Of a stretch of DNA of 64,000 nt, positions 34,278-43,747 are shown in pieces. Where the stretch lies: contig NW_013547018.1 of assembly GCF_000711695.1 (NCBI RefSeq), positions 1 to 64,000 on the forward strand. Direction: 5' to 3'. A model generated the notes under the pieces. The model was not told the DNA's origin, ran no database searches, and saw only the letters and a list, made by a program, of their open reading frames with translations. The stretch's first letter is position 1. The number at the start of each line of letters is the position of its first letter. Origin of the DNA: Tilletiaria anomala UBC 951 (taxonomy: Eukaryota). Position numbers and translations under genes: made by a program.

Positions 34278-36375
34278 ATGTCCACAGCAACCGCAGCACC
34301 CGCTGCGACGGGGGTACCCCGACAGCAGAAGGCGTTCAAGACGCAGGACAAGCCAGATGAAGTGCGAAGGAGCAACATGAACGCTGCCAAGGCAGTTAGT
34401 GACGCTGTTCGGACAAGTTTGGGGCCAAAAGGCATGGACAAGATGGTGGGTTGCTCGTGGCAGTGTGCCGGCTAATCGCCAATTTGCAACCCTTGCGCCA
34501 GAAGCTAATCGGCATGTTGGTGTCCCGTGTAGATTCAAACTGCGAACGGCGAGGTCGTCATCACCAATGATGGTGCGACAATTCTCAAGCATATGGCAGT
34601 CATGCACCCAGCAGCGCGTATGGTGAGTGATTATACCAGTATCTTGGTGCTGGGAATCAAGATTTGAGCCTGAGCCACGCTTCGTCACTTGCAGCTCGTC
34701 GAGCTTTCACAGGCACAAGATATCGAAGCTGGAGACGGTACCACCTCCGTTGTAGTCATCGCCGGCTCCCTTCTTGGTGCGGCAGAGAAGATGCTTAACA
34801 AAGGCATCCACCCGACCATCATTGCTGAGTCATTCCAAAAGGCGGCGGCGAAGGCGGTTGAGTACCTAACCGAAATAAGCACTCCGGTCGACCTGCGGGA
34901 CAAGGAGAGCTTGCTGCGCGCAGCGAATACCAGTTTGAATTCGAAGGTGAGTGGATTGAAGAGAGCACCTCTCACCTATTCACAATCTTGACTTGCGGAC
35001 CGCTGACCGTTAGTAATGGTTCTCCCAGATCGTGTCGCAATATTCTTCGGTGCTCGCGCCCATCGCTGTGAACGCAGTCACCCGCCTCCTTCACGCCTCG
35101 AAACCCAAGAACGCAGCCACGACTGCTTCTCCCCGCTCTCCTGCCACATCGAACCCGACTTCGCCTGCGCTCAATGCAACACGTCCGTCCAGTTCTTCAT
35201 CAGGCGCACCTGGTGCATCAGTCACTGTTCCCGAGGGCTCCTCGGACACTCCAGCCTCAGATGTGGAGCCGATCTCGATTGACCTGCGTGATATCCGGCT
35301 TGTGAAGAAGGTCGGCGGGACGATCGATGACACGGAGTTGGTGGAGGGCCTGGTGCTCGAGCAGAACGTCATCACTTCATCTGGCGGGCCTTCGCGCATG
35401 GAGAAAGCCAAGATCGCAGTGTGCCAGTTCCAGCTGAGCTCTCCCAAGCCAGACATGGACAACCAGATCGTCGTGAACGACTACCGGCAGATGGACAAGA
35501 TCCTCAAAGAAGAGCGACAGTACCTGCTCAACATGTGCAAGAAGATCAAGAAGAGCGGTTGCAATGTCTTGCTCATCCAGAAGAGTATTCTGCGCGACGC
35601 AGTCAATGAGCTGGCGCTGCACTTCCTCGCTAAGCTCAAGATTCTCGTCGTCAAGGACGTCGAGCGCGAAGAGATCGAGTTCGTCTGCCGGACACTGAAC
35701 GCCAAGCCCATTGCGGACATCGAGGCGTTCACGGAGGACAAACTTGCCTACGCCGATCTGGTTGACGAGGTGCAGCAGAGCGGTGCGAAAGTGGTCAAGA
35801 TTACCGGGATCAAGGACATGGGCCAGACGGTCAGTGTGCTGTGCACGGGAGCCAACTCTCTGGTGCTGGAGGAGAGCGAGCGGTCGCTGCATGACGCACT
35901 CTGCGTCGTGCGCTGCCTTGTCAAGCGTCGTGCGCTTATCGCTGGTGGCGGTGCGCCCGAGGTGCACGTCTCGCGTCTGCTTGCGCAGCACGCGCAGTCG
36001 CTCAAGGGCACGCAGGCCTACTGCTTCTCCGCCTTTGCAGAGGCGCTTGAGATCATCCCGACCACGCTGGCGGAGAATGCCGGGCTGAACCCCATCGCGA
36101 TCGTCACCGAGCTGCGGAACAGACACGCACTGGGTGAGAGGACGGCAGGGATCAATGTCAGGAAGGGCCAAATCACCAACATCCTTGAGGAGAACGTCTT
36201 GCAACGTGAGCGGCTATTACTTAAAACGAGCCTCTCAGAGCCGTGCGCTGACACCCCTCTCCCACTTTGGCCCACCTGCCTTGTAGCTTTGCTCGTCAAC
36301 ACGAGCGCCATCGAGCTGGCAACAGAGACGGTTGCCCTGCTCCTCAAAGTCGATGACTTCCAGCTCAGCCGCTAA
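34278..36375 (+). CDS. CCT4: Chaperonin CCT/TRiC subunit delta
   Basis: [64 protein letters not shown]; four introns. Confidence 0.95.
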
Positions 36376-36946
36376 TGTATAAGGCACCACATTCAGGCCG
36401 GATTGTATGCTGTTTGTTCCAAGGTGCAATAGCATAGCATAACCTACCATTGCATTAGACCCAAGCCCAATGTGTCCTTCGAGTGAGGATCAGGCCTGTC
36501 TGAGACCCAAACCGCACATAGATCGATGTGAGGCACTGTCTCACCTGCCACCCCTTCCCCATTATGGGGCGTTCCGAGGTACCATGGTTTCTAGTGCTTG
36601 GCCGAGTCGGAATGCCACGCTAAAACTGGGTGACGCTGCACCGGTACGTGCGAAAGCAGAGGGCAATGCAAAGCTGTGGTTCTACCCCATCTCTCATTTC
36701 TTCCGAGCCGACGCTTTACGATTCAAATGCAAGGTGCCTTTTGATTCATAGCTGATCTACATTGCAGTGAGGCCATAAGCCCAGCCGTGCATAGTGGCGT
36801 GTAGGTGGCGGTGGTTGGTGGTCCGCACTAGGAGCGCCGTCACGAGTGAGCAGAACCGCTAGCTTTCGACTCGGACCGGGAAAAAGTACAAGGTAGTGCA
36901 GCGCACGAGTGTGTATGGGTGTGCGCGTGCATGCAGAGGAAGGAGC

Positions 36947-37879
36947 TTAGACCGAGGCGAGAGGAGTCGGCTCGACAAACTCGGCGCTCTTGACCTTTGC
37001 GCCCGAGTCCTCAGCACCGGCGACGTTGCCGGCACCACCGTGCAGCTCAATGAGCCTGCCGAGGTCATGCTTGGGCCTCTTGATCACCTTCACCTTGCGG
37101 ACGTAGACATCCTTGAGCGGGTAAATGCCCTGGCAAGCCTTCTCGATCTCGCGTCCGATCACCTCAGGGATGAGCTTCTGGACGAGCTCCTTAATGTCAC
37201 ATGGCTCTGCCTCGCGCTTGATGATGTCGAACATCTTCTGGCGGATGGCCCTGATCTGCGCAGTCTGCGCATAGGTAGTCTTGCGAACAGAGTTCGCCCG
37301 TCGCCTTGTGAAGGCAATGACGAAGATGCGGACAATGTAGCCGTCAGCCGTGCGGATGTCCGAAAAGGCCTCGATCAGGGTTTGCCACTTGCGGACAAGC
37401 GAGCGAAGCTTGTCGGAGGTGAAGTCCATGCCGTAGAAGTTGGTGAGGCACGTACGGCCCTGGATCTCGTCGATGCGGAGACGGAACTTGCGGAAAGCCT
37501 GCTCCTCGTCCTTGTTCAGGTCAGCGAGCGAGGCCTCAACGATGCGGCCCTTGAGAGCATCGTTGGCGTTCTCTGTAAAAAGTGAAGATGACCGTCAGAG
37601 CAGGTCCAATTGACAGTAACGAAGAAAGTGGCATTGGTCTTTGGGGACCTGACGCGACGTTGCTCGCCATAGAAGTGGCTATCTCCCCGAAAGTCTCCCG
37701 GACTAGCCATGAAACTCACTCAAACCCTGACTGCGGTTGACGAGTGTCTTTCCAACGTTACGGTTGTCAAAGAAGGTAGGAGCCTTGATGTCGTACCAGT
37801 CCTTACGGGTGAAGGGGTCGACAGCCCTCTTCTTGAGACCCTTGCCCTTACCGAGCTTCTTGTTCTTGCCGACAGCCAT
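36947..37879 (-). CDS. RPS1: 40S ribosomal protein eS1 (S1/S3a); intron 37573-37719
   Basis: [23 protein letters not shown]..., [35 protein letters not shown]; strongly biased codon usage. Confidence 0.97.
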
Positions 37880-39230
37880 CTTGATGTGTTGAGGTGATCA
37901 CGATCTGAAGAGAAATATAAGTCAAATCAATAGCCAGTTCTGATGTATGCGACATTCACATCCGCTATGAAAAGGGTTGCGGTGACCCTGAATCGCTTGC
38001 AGCTGGACCTCCCCTTTCCATCACGTCAAGAGATGCGCCAAGTATGATGAGCACAAAGCCCAATGCAACCGCACACCATCGCTGTCTTCAACTCTTTCCA
38101 GTTTAGACAGCGATGCCTTTCTGCTACCCTCCCCATGCGGTACAGCTCCTTGCAGGACTGCATCGTAGGGTCCCAAGTGAATCTGAATTGACTTGCACAT
38201 GATATCCTCAAACGGACGGCAGGCTGTCATGTATAGCAGGAGAGCGCATGTGCTACCCACGGCTTGAGCACCTTTCAAGTGCTTTGTTTCTGCGACTTGA
38301 AAATGGGCTCCTCCTCGTTTTAATCCTGCAGAGCTCAGCCGATTGTTCCTTCCATCCTTCTTTTGTCCTCCAACGCTTCCTTCCTGCGTTCCCGAGGTCG
38401 CCCGCACACCACCCCCACTTCTGTGCTCTCCTCTTCCTGATCGTACGAACCACGCTCTTTGCTGGTGCCGCCTGTAACACTGACCTCTGATGCTGATGTC
38501 GGATGGGGATTCAACCTTGACGAAGTGGGAGGAAATGAATGAAAGTAAGTAGCACATCGTTGCTGGTTGGATGGGAGGGCAGAGGGAGTGTGTGCGCGCG
38601 TGTCGTTGGCGTGCGTGTGGGCCAGCGAGCGGAACCGCTCCGAGAGCTGGACCGCTTCGACGCGCAACAACGCGCAACGCCAGAGGGCTGAATAATTCAT
38701 GCATCCGCAGCAACCGTTCCGCCATCGCTAACGCACATGCATCGATCATTACGCAAATGCGTCAATGACGTTCGGAGCATCGGCCCTAGCGTGTGTAGCC
38801 GAGAGACGCTGCACAGCTTTATGGAGAAAACGGAACAGGTTTGTGTAAAGAATGAGGTGACATTGTGTTCGTCGGTCTCCGAAATGGAGATGCACTTTGC
38901 ACAAGGCTTGTACGATGTGGATCCATGCGACACTTATTCATCACGTTCTAGCACGCCAGGTAGACACGGGGTGTCTGATGGCCGGGGTTGCTGCGAAGCG
39001 GGGATGGATCTTCGTTGGTGCAAATGCCTCTCAAGGCCCAGGCCCACCATGCCACACTAGCTCCCGCCGCCCTTATGGTACCGACCTTTGAGACACCTGA
39101 CCCTAGATCTTCAGAACAACACGTTCGTGCGCTACAGATCACGTATGGTATGAAAATACAGGCATGCAAACACGAGCACCAAGTCCGATCGTAGCCATGC
39201 AGAGAGCCAAGTGCTTTCACAGCCCGCAAT

Positions 39231-42200
39231 TTATGACGGAGTAGGCGAGCCAGAGGAGCTTGATGCCGCTTCCTTGGCAGTAGTAGCAGCAGGTGGAACC
39301 GGGGATGCGACTTGGGCGGGGGGCAGCTTTGGCGCCGCAGCTGGGGGCGCCAGTGTCGGTGCATGCGTCACGGTCGGTGTCGGTGTGAGGCCAGTCTGGG
39401 GCGATACCGCTGCCGTTACTGGAGTGGGTACAAATGCTGTTGCTGGCGCAAATGCAACAGGGGGACGTTGCTGAGTTGCGACAGGAAGCCTAACAGAAGG
39501 CGCGGCAGGTCGCACGACCGTGGCCCCTGATGGCGCTGAGCCAGGCGGTGCAGGAGGCCTCACACTCGCTGCAGATGGTCTCACTACCGCTGGTGGCAGC
39601 CCGGCCGCGCCTGCTTGCAGAGGTGGCGGCCTGACGCTACCCGGCGCAGGCGTACGTACGGGTGCTGGGACCAAGCCTGAAGGAGGCGGCCGCACGCCTG
39701 CAGCAGCAGCGCGATGCGCGGCAGCGTTCGCGAGCGCCTCTGCTTTAGCCTTCGCAGATAGCTCGTTTGCAAGCTTGAGCAATTGGATCTGCCCAGGTGT
39801 GAGCTTCGAGAGTTCCAGCTGCCCTCCGCCTTCAGCTTGCTGCTTCTTCAGTAGCGCAATCAGCGAGGCTGCCTCTGGATGTGAGGCTAGCGTCTTTGGC
39901 AACGCAGCCAGCGCTGGATTCTGCGCTGTATTTGCCGCAGGTGCACTCTTCGATGCACCTGCAGGTGGCGGTGGAACCCCAGCCGGCGGCGGACGCGGTG
40001 TCATGGTGGCTCCAGCTGGGGGTCGTGCGGCCACAGCCTGCGGAGCAACTGTCGACGGCGACGGCCGCACTACAGTAACCCCGGGGGGACTAGCAGCCGG
40101 AGGGGAGCCTGCTGCGCTAGGCCCAGGTGAAGTACTGCCTGATGTCGCTCGCTTCTTCGCTGCCTGTCGCGCTTTGAGCTTCTCTTTCAAGTGTGTCACG
40201 AGATACGCTTGCAGCTCTTTCAATGCAACTTGAATGCCCAAGCCTTCAATGCGATGCACCTCGTTGATAGTCAGATGCCCGAAGACTGCTGGATTTAGAT
40301 AAAGCTTGCCCTCATGATGTACGATTGGCTGTCCGTCAAGGAGCGATTCGATGGAACCAGGAGCAGGTTTCGGTTTCTGCGCCTGGGAGGCCAGCGCTGC
40401 CGGTGGGGCCTGGCCGACGACGATCGGAATACGAGACACTGGGCTGCCCGCAGGTGCGGCAGCACCAGTCGGAGCAGGTGCTTTTGTAAGAACAGGGCCT
40501 CTAGAGGCTGGCGCAGCCGCCAAGGGGGAAGCGGCTGGCGCCACTGGTGGTGGACGCGGTGGCGGAACAGCCTGGAAACCTGGAGTATATGGTGGCACCT
40601 GCACTGGGCGTGGAGGTTGGCCAGGTAAGGGGGCAGCAGGCCGGACTTGCGGCGCCATAGACACGCCAGGATACCCTCGATGCGGTGTTGCAGGTGGTAG
40701 TCGCGGCTGATTGTTCATGCGAGCTGGTGGTAGCTTCATCGCTGATCCCGCTGGCTGGCGTGGAGGAGACCCAGCCGCAAGTGCACCCTCGGCTGCCATC
40801 TGCGCCAATCGCTCCTCGCGAGCCTTCATGCCAGGTGGCGAAGAGGCCATCGCGTAAAAAACACCTTTTCCAGGCTCATCGTCGCGCCGCTGCACCTTCT
40901 CGATGTCCTTGGATGAGGCAATGGCGTGACGCACCGCGCTTTGCCAATCTTTCCCATTGCTGCGCGAGTTGCGAGCGAACCAAGGCCACTTTCTCCCAAG
41001 CCATTCGTAGACTTCTTGTAGTGTCATCTTGTCCCCCTTTGCACTTGCCTCTTCCGAAGTCAACGCAGCGATAATCAAGGCATTGTTCGACATTTGCGGG
41101 CGGTGATCTGCATCTTGCAGATGTGGGGTACCTGGGACCTGTACGCCGGGTGCTTGCCCATTCAGCGCAGCAGCGTGTCGAGCAGCCGCCTGTGCTGCTG
41201 CATGTGCTTTCGCCTGCTCAATCAAGTGAGCGTGCGCTGCGGCCCTCAAAGCTGCCTGCTGCTCTGGTGTCGTTCCAGGAGGGAACGGGATGTCCAACCG
41301 TGGAATGGGAGGGAACACAGGAAGGCCTGGAACCACAGCTGTGGATGGGATACCTGAGACTGGAACGGCTGAGGATGAAGATGTGGCAAGATGGTTGGAG
41401 ACCGACGGAGATGCTGTTGCAGGGGTCATGCTTGTGGTCGCCGAAGTGGAAGCCGGGGGGGCGCTTGGATGGGCGGTAGTGTTCGAAATTAAAGTCTCCT
41501 CCTTTGTTTCGGTAGAGGCACTGGCTGCGTCATTCATATTTGATTGCGCAGAGGCGTGCGTCTCGGTGGCAGACTTGCCCTTACCTTTGGCCTTTGCCTT
41601 CCCCTTCCCTCCGGTAGGCGCTTTTTCGTCAGCGTCCCCTTGGTCCATTTGGGCGTCCCCATCAGGGTCGACGCTGGCTCGGTCCGCACTCTTGCGTTGC
41701 TCTCTTGCAGCCTTGCGTCGCGCGGCCTCGAAAGCCTCGATGCCGATCGGCTCGCCGACTTTGAGCGCCGGAGACTTTGCCTCCTCCGCCTCTCCACGCT
41801 TCCGCTTTCTGCCTGCGACCCCAACACCATTCGTCCAGGCCGGGGTGGGCGCGCTTAGCGCAGCCTTCTTCTTTCCATTGGCTGCTGCTTTGGACTCAGA
41901 AGACACGGGCTCTTCGGCAGTCTGGTTCTTGCCTTCCGTGCCCTTCCCCTTCCCTTTGCCCCTCCCACCCTTGACTCCAACGCGCGCATCATCGGCGCCC
42001 GGTTCCGTTTTGACTTTCACTGCGCTGGCCTTTTTGAGCTTGAACTTCAGCTTGGCATTGACAGCTTCCTTGCCACCCTTGACTATTTTCTTGTCATCGC
42101 TTGCCTCTTCCTCTTCCAGCTCTCCATCCGATAGTGACAAGTCCCCACTTTCTTCCGACTGAGTTTCTTCCTCGTCGTCCATCTCCTCATCACTCGAAGA

Positions 42201-43172
42201 CGTAGAGAGCGAGTCGCTGTCCTCTTCCTCTTCTGGTGCTATCGGAGGTGGTAGCACAAAGTAGAAAACTCGTTCGGCGATCTGCACTTTCGTTCTGAAG
42301 GAGTAGGCGGGCATATCATATGGATGTGTCAGCAGGGAGCCGCGTTCGTCGCTTATCAAACGTGTGACGGCCCACCTTTTTGAGAGGGGTACACAGACCC
42401 CTCGGTCGAGATAGACGTCGTCCACGAAGGCACCGTTTCTGCCGAGCACTTCAAGCACGAACGTTCCTTCGGACGGCGCGTGTCCAGGCCCGTAGCCTCT
42501 GAATGAGATCGTCTCTCCTGGCAGAGGAAGTCCTGGAGGACTGTAAAAGATGCGCGCATGATTCCGACTGATGCTCTTCAGCGGACCGAGATCGACGTCG
42601 ACTTGCCCCTCGGGCCTCTGTCCCGTGATATGCACTTGACCCCCTTCCGATGGAGGTGGTGCACTTCCAGGCCGCCGTCCAATTAGCACGTCAAGTGTCT
42701 GAATGTAGTACGAGAAGCCCGGAAATTCGAGCTTAGCATAGGCTTGAATTGGGCCATCATCGTGAGGTTGCACCGCCCCGGCAGTGCCTGGGAAAACGTG
42801 ATCCTCTTGCCCTGGCCAATTCTTTTCCTCAATGAAGTCTGTCGCAGTCCCGGGCTTGGGTAGAGGCGCTGGATCCGCTCCATTGCCAGCGAAAAGCTCT
42901 TGCTTGGGGAGATTACCCGCGTCGGTCGCGTTGCGATGCTCCTCCTGGGCGAGCGACGTGAGCAACTGCGCGTGCTCCTCGGGTGCCGCCCCCGAATTCC
43001 CCTCTGCGACACCCTTTCCTCCATCTACACCGTCGCCATCCGCCATGTTCACGTCGCAATCGGCTGCAGGAGCGCTGCAGGCATTCGCATCAGCCGCAGG
43101 AGCGGACGCGGTCGGCGAGATGCTGCTCGCGTCGACGTGCTCCAGCTTGACTGCCGACGTAGAAGCCTGCAT
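39231..43172 (-). CDS. FHA + forkhead domain transcription factor (Fhl1-like)
   Basis: IQAYAKLEF..YYIQTLDVLIGRR, VDLGPLKSISRNHARIFY and LGRNGAFVDD (FHA); KMTLQEVYEWLGRKWPWF..WQSAVRH (forkhead). In-frame intron near 42296-42374; Pro/Ala-rich tail. Confidence 0.75.
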   Translation of the reverse strand: MQASTSAVKLEHVDASSISPTASAPAADANACSAPAADCDVNMADGDGVDGGKGVAEGNSGAAPEEHAQLLTSLAQEEHRNATDAGNLPKQELFAGNGADPAPLPKPGTATDFIEEKNWPGQEDHVFPGTAGAVQPHDDGPIQAYAKLEFPGFSYYIQTLDVLIGRRPGSAPPPSEGGQVHITGQRPEGQVDVDLGPLKSISRNHARIFYSPPGLPLPGETISFRGYGPGHAPSEGTFVLEVLGRNGAFVDDVYLDRGVCVPLSKRWAVTRLISDERGSLLTHPYDMPAYSFRTKVQIAERVFYFVLPPPIAPEEEEDSDSLSTSSSDEEMDDEEETQSEESGDLSLSDGELEEEEASDDKKIVKGGKEAVNAKLKFKLKKASAVKVKTEPGADDARVGVKGGRGKGKGKGTEGKNQTAEEPVSSESKAAANGKKKAALSAPTPAWTNGVGVAGRKRKRGEAEEAKSPALKVGEPIGIEAFEAARRKAAREQRKSADRASVDPDGDAQMDQGDADEKAPTGGKGKAKAKGKGKSATETHASAQSNMNDAASASTETKEETLISNTTAHPSAPPASTSATTSMTPATASPSVSNHLATSSSSAVPVSGIPSTAVVPGLPVFPPIPRLDIPFPPGTTPEQQAALRAAAHAHLIEQAKAHAAAQAAARHAAALNGQAPGVQVPGTPHLQDADHRPQMSNNALIIAALTSEEASAKGDKMTLQEVYEWLGRKWPWFARNSRSNGKDWQSAVRHAIASSKDIEKVQRRDDEPGKGVFYAMASSPPGMKAREERLAQMAAEGALAAGSPPRQPAGSAMKLPPARMNNQPRLPPATPHRGYPGVSMAPQVRPAAPLPGQPPRPVQVPPYTPGFQAVPPPRPPPVAPAASPLAAAPASRGPVLTKAPAPTGAAAPAGSPVSRIPIVVGQAPPAALASQAQKPKPAPGSIESLLDGQPIVHHEGKLYLNPAVFGHLTINEVHRIEGLGIQVALKELQAYLVTHLKEKLKARQAAKKRATSGSTSPGPSAAGSPPAASPPGVTVVRPSPSTVAPQAVAARPPAGATMTPRPPPAGVPPPPAGASKSAPAANTAQNPALAALPKTLASHPEAASLIALLKKQQAEGGGQLELSKLTPGQIQLLKLANELSAKAKAEALANAAAHRAAAAGVRPPPSGLVPAPVRTPAPGSVRPPPLQAGAAGLPPAVVRPSAASVRPPAPPGSAPSGATVVRPAAPSVRLPVATQQRPPVAFAPATAFVPTPVTAAVSPQTGLTPTPTVTHAPTLAPPAAAPKLPPAQVASPVPPAATTAKEAASSSSGSPTPS

Positions 43173-43747
43173 GGTATAGCGCGTCGGAGGCGATCCTAGA
43201 AGGACTGCGCACATACGCGCAGCATGACTACGCGCTACGAGCGAGCCCGATCACGACCTGTGGTGCTGAGGATGTACGCGATTGACTAGTGGATGGTCAA
43301 AAGAGGTGATGATCGGATTTCGGAGGCGCGGGTACGAAACTACAAGCAAAAGCGCTGCCGCGAGGGAGAGCCTCATCTTTCTCATCTCTCATCCGAGCGG
43401 GGCATATCGCGACTCTCTCGTGCGCCATGATGTCAATCAGAGATACCTCGATCCCTCTTCCCAACCACACGGCCACGTCTCACCAAATCTGTCACTCAAC
43501 TGCTTGTGCAAAGCTATGACAAGATTTGCATCATCCGAGCAGGAACAACGACCTATCATGTTGCACGGCTTGGTCTCTCCCTTCGAGCCGCAGTCAGCAC
43601 TGGCAGCTCGCATGCGCGTGCCGTGCGCTGGTTGCGATTTCCGGCCGCACGTCCTTTGAAAGTATCGAAAACGGGCATGTCGACATGTCTGGCACTATGC
43701 TACATCGGTTAAAAGGCAATGCGGATGGGCTTCACCGCGCAAAAGAT

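Noticed and set aside
35377..36204. 275-aa ORF antisense to CCT4 (likewise 41290-42162, 48047-48784, 51112-51729)
   Set aside because: Shadow ORFs caused by GC-rich codon usage of the real gene; no recognisable domains.
36575..36620. ATTCC...AGAAACCAT on the minus strand resembling snR30/U17 m1/m2 motifs
   Set aside because: The flanking stem is weak and there is no ACA box at the expected distance after m2.
36896..37585. 229-aa ORF antisense to RPS1
   Set aside because: Mirror of a highly codon-biased ribosomal protein gene.
38044..38186. ATGATGA...CTGA (C/D-box-like) on the + strand
   Set aside because: Antisense to the presumed host intron, with no terminal stem and no rRNA complementarity I can recognise.
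36947..43172. Fhl1-like regulator next to a ribosomal protein gene as a functional unit
   Set aside because: A single adjacency with no supporting motif evidence; likely coincidence.
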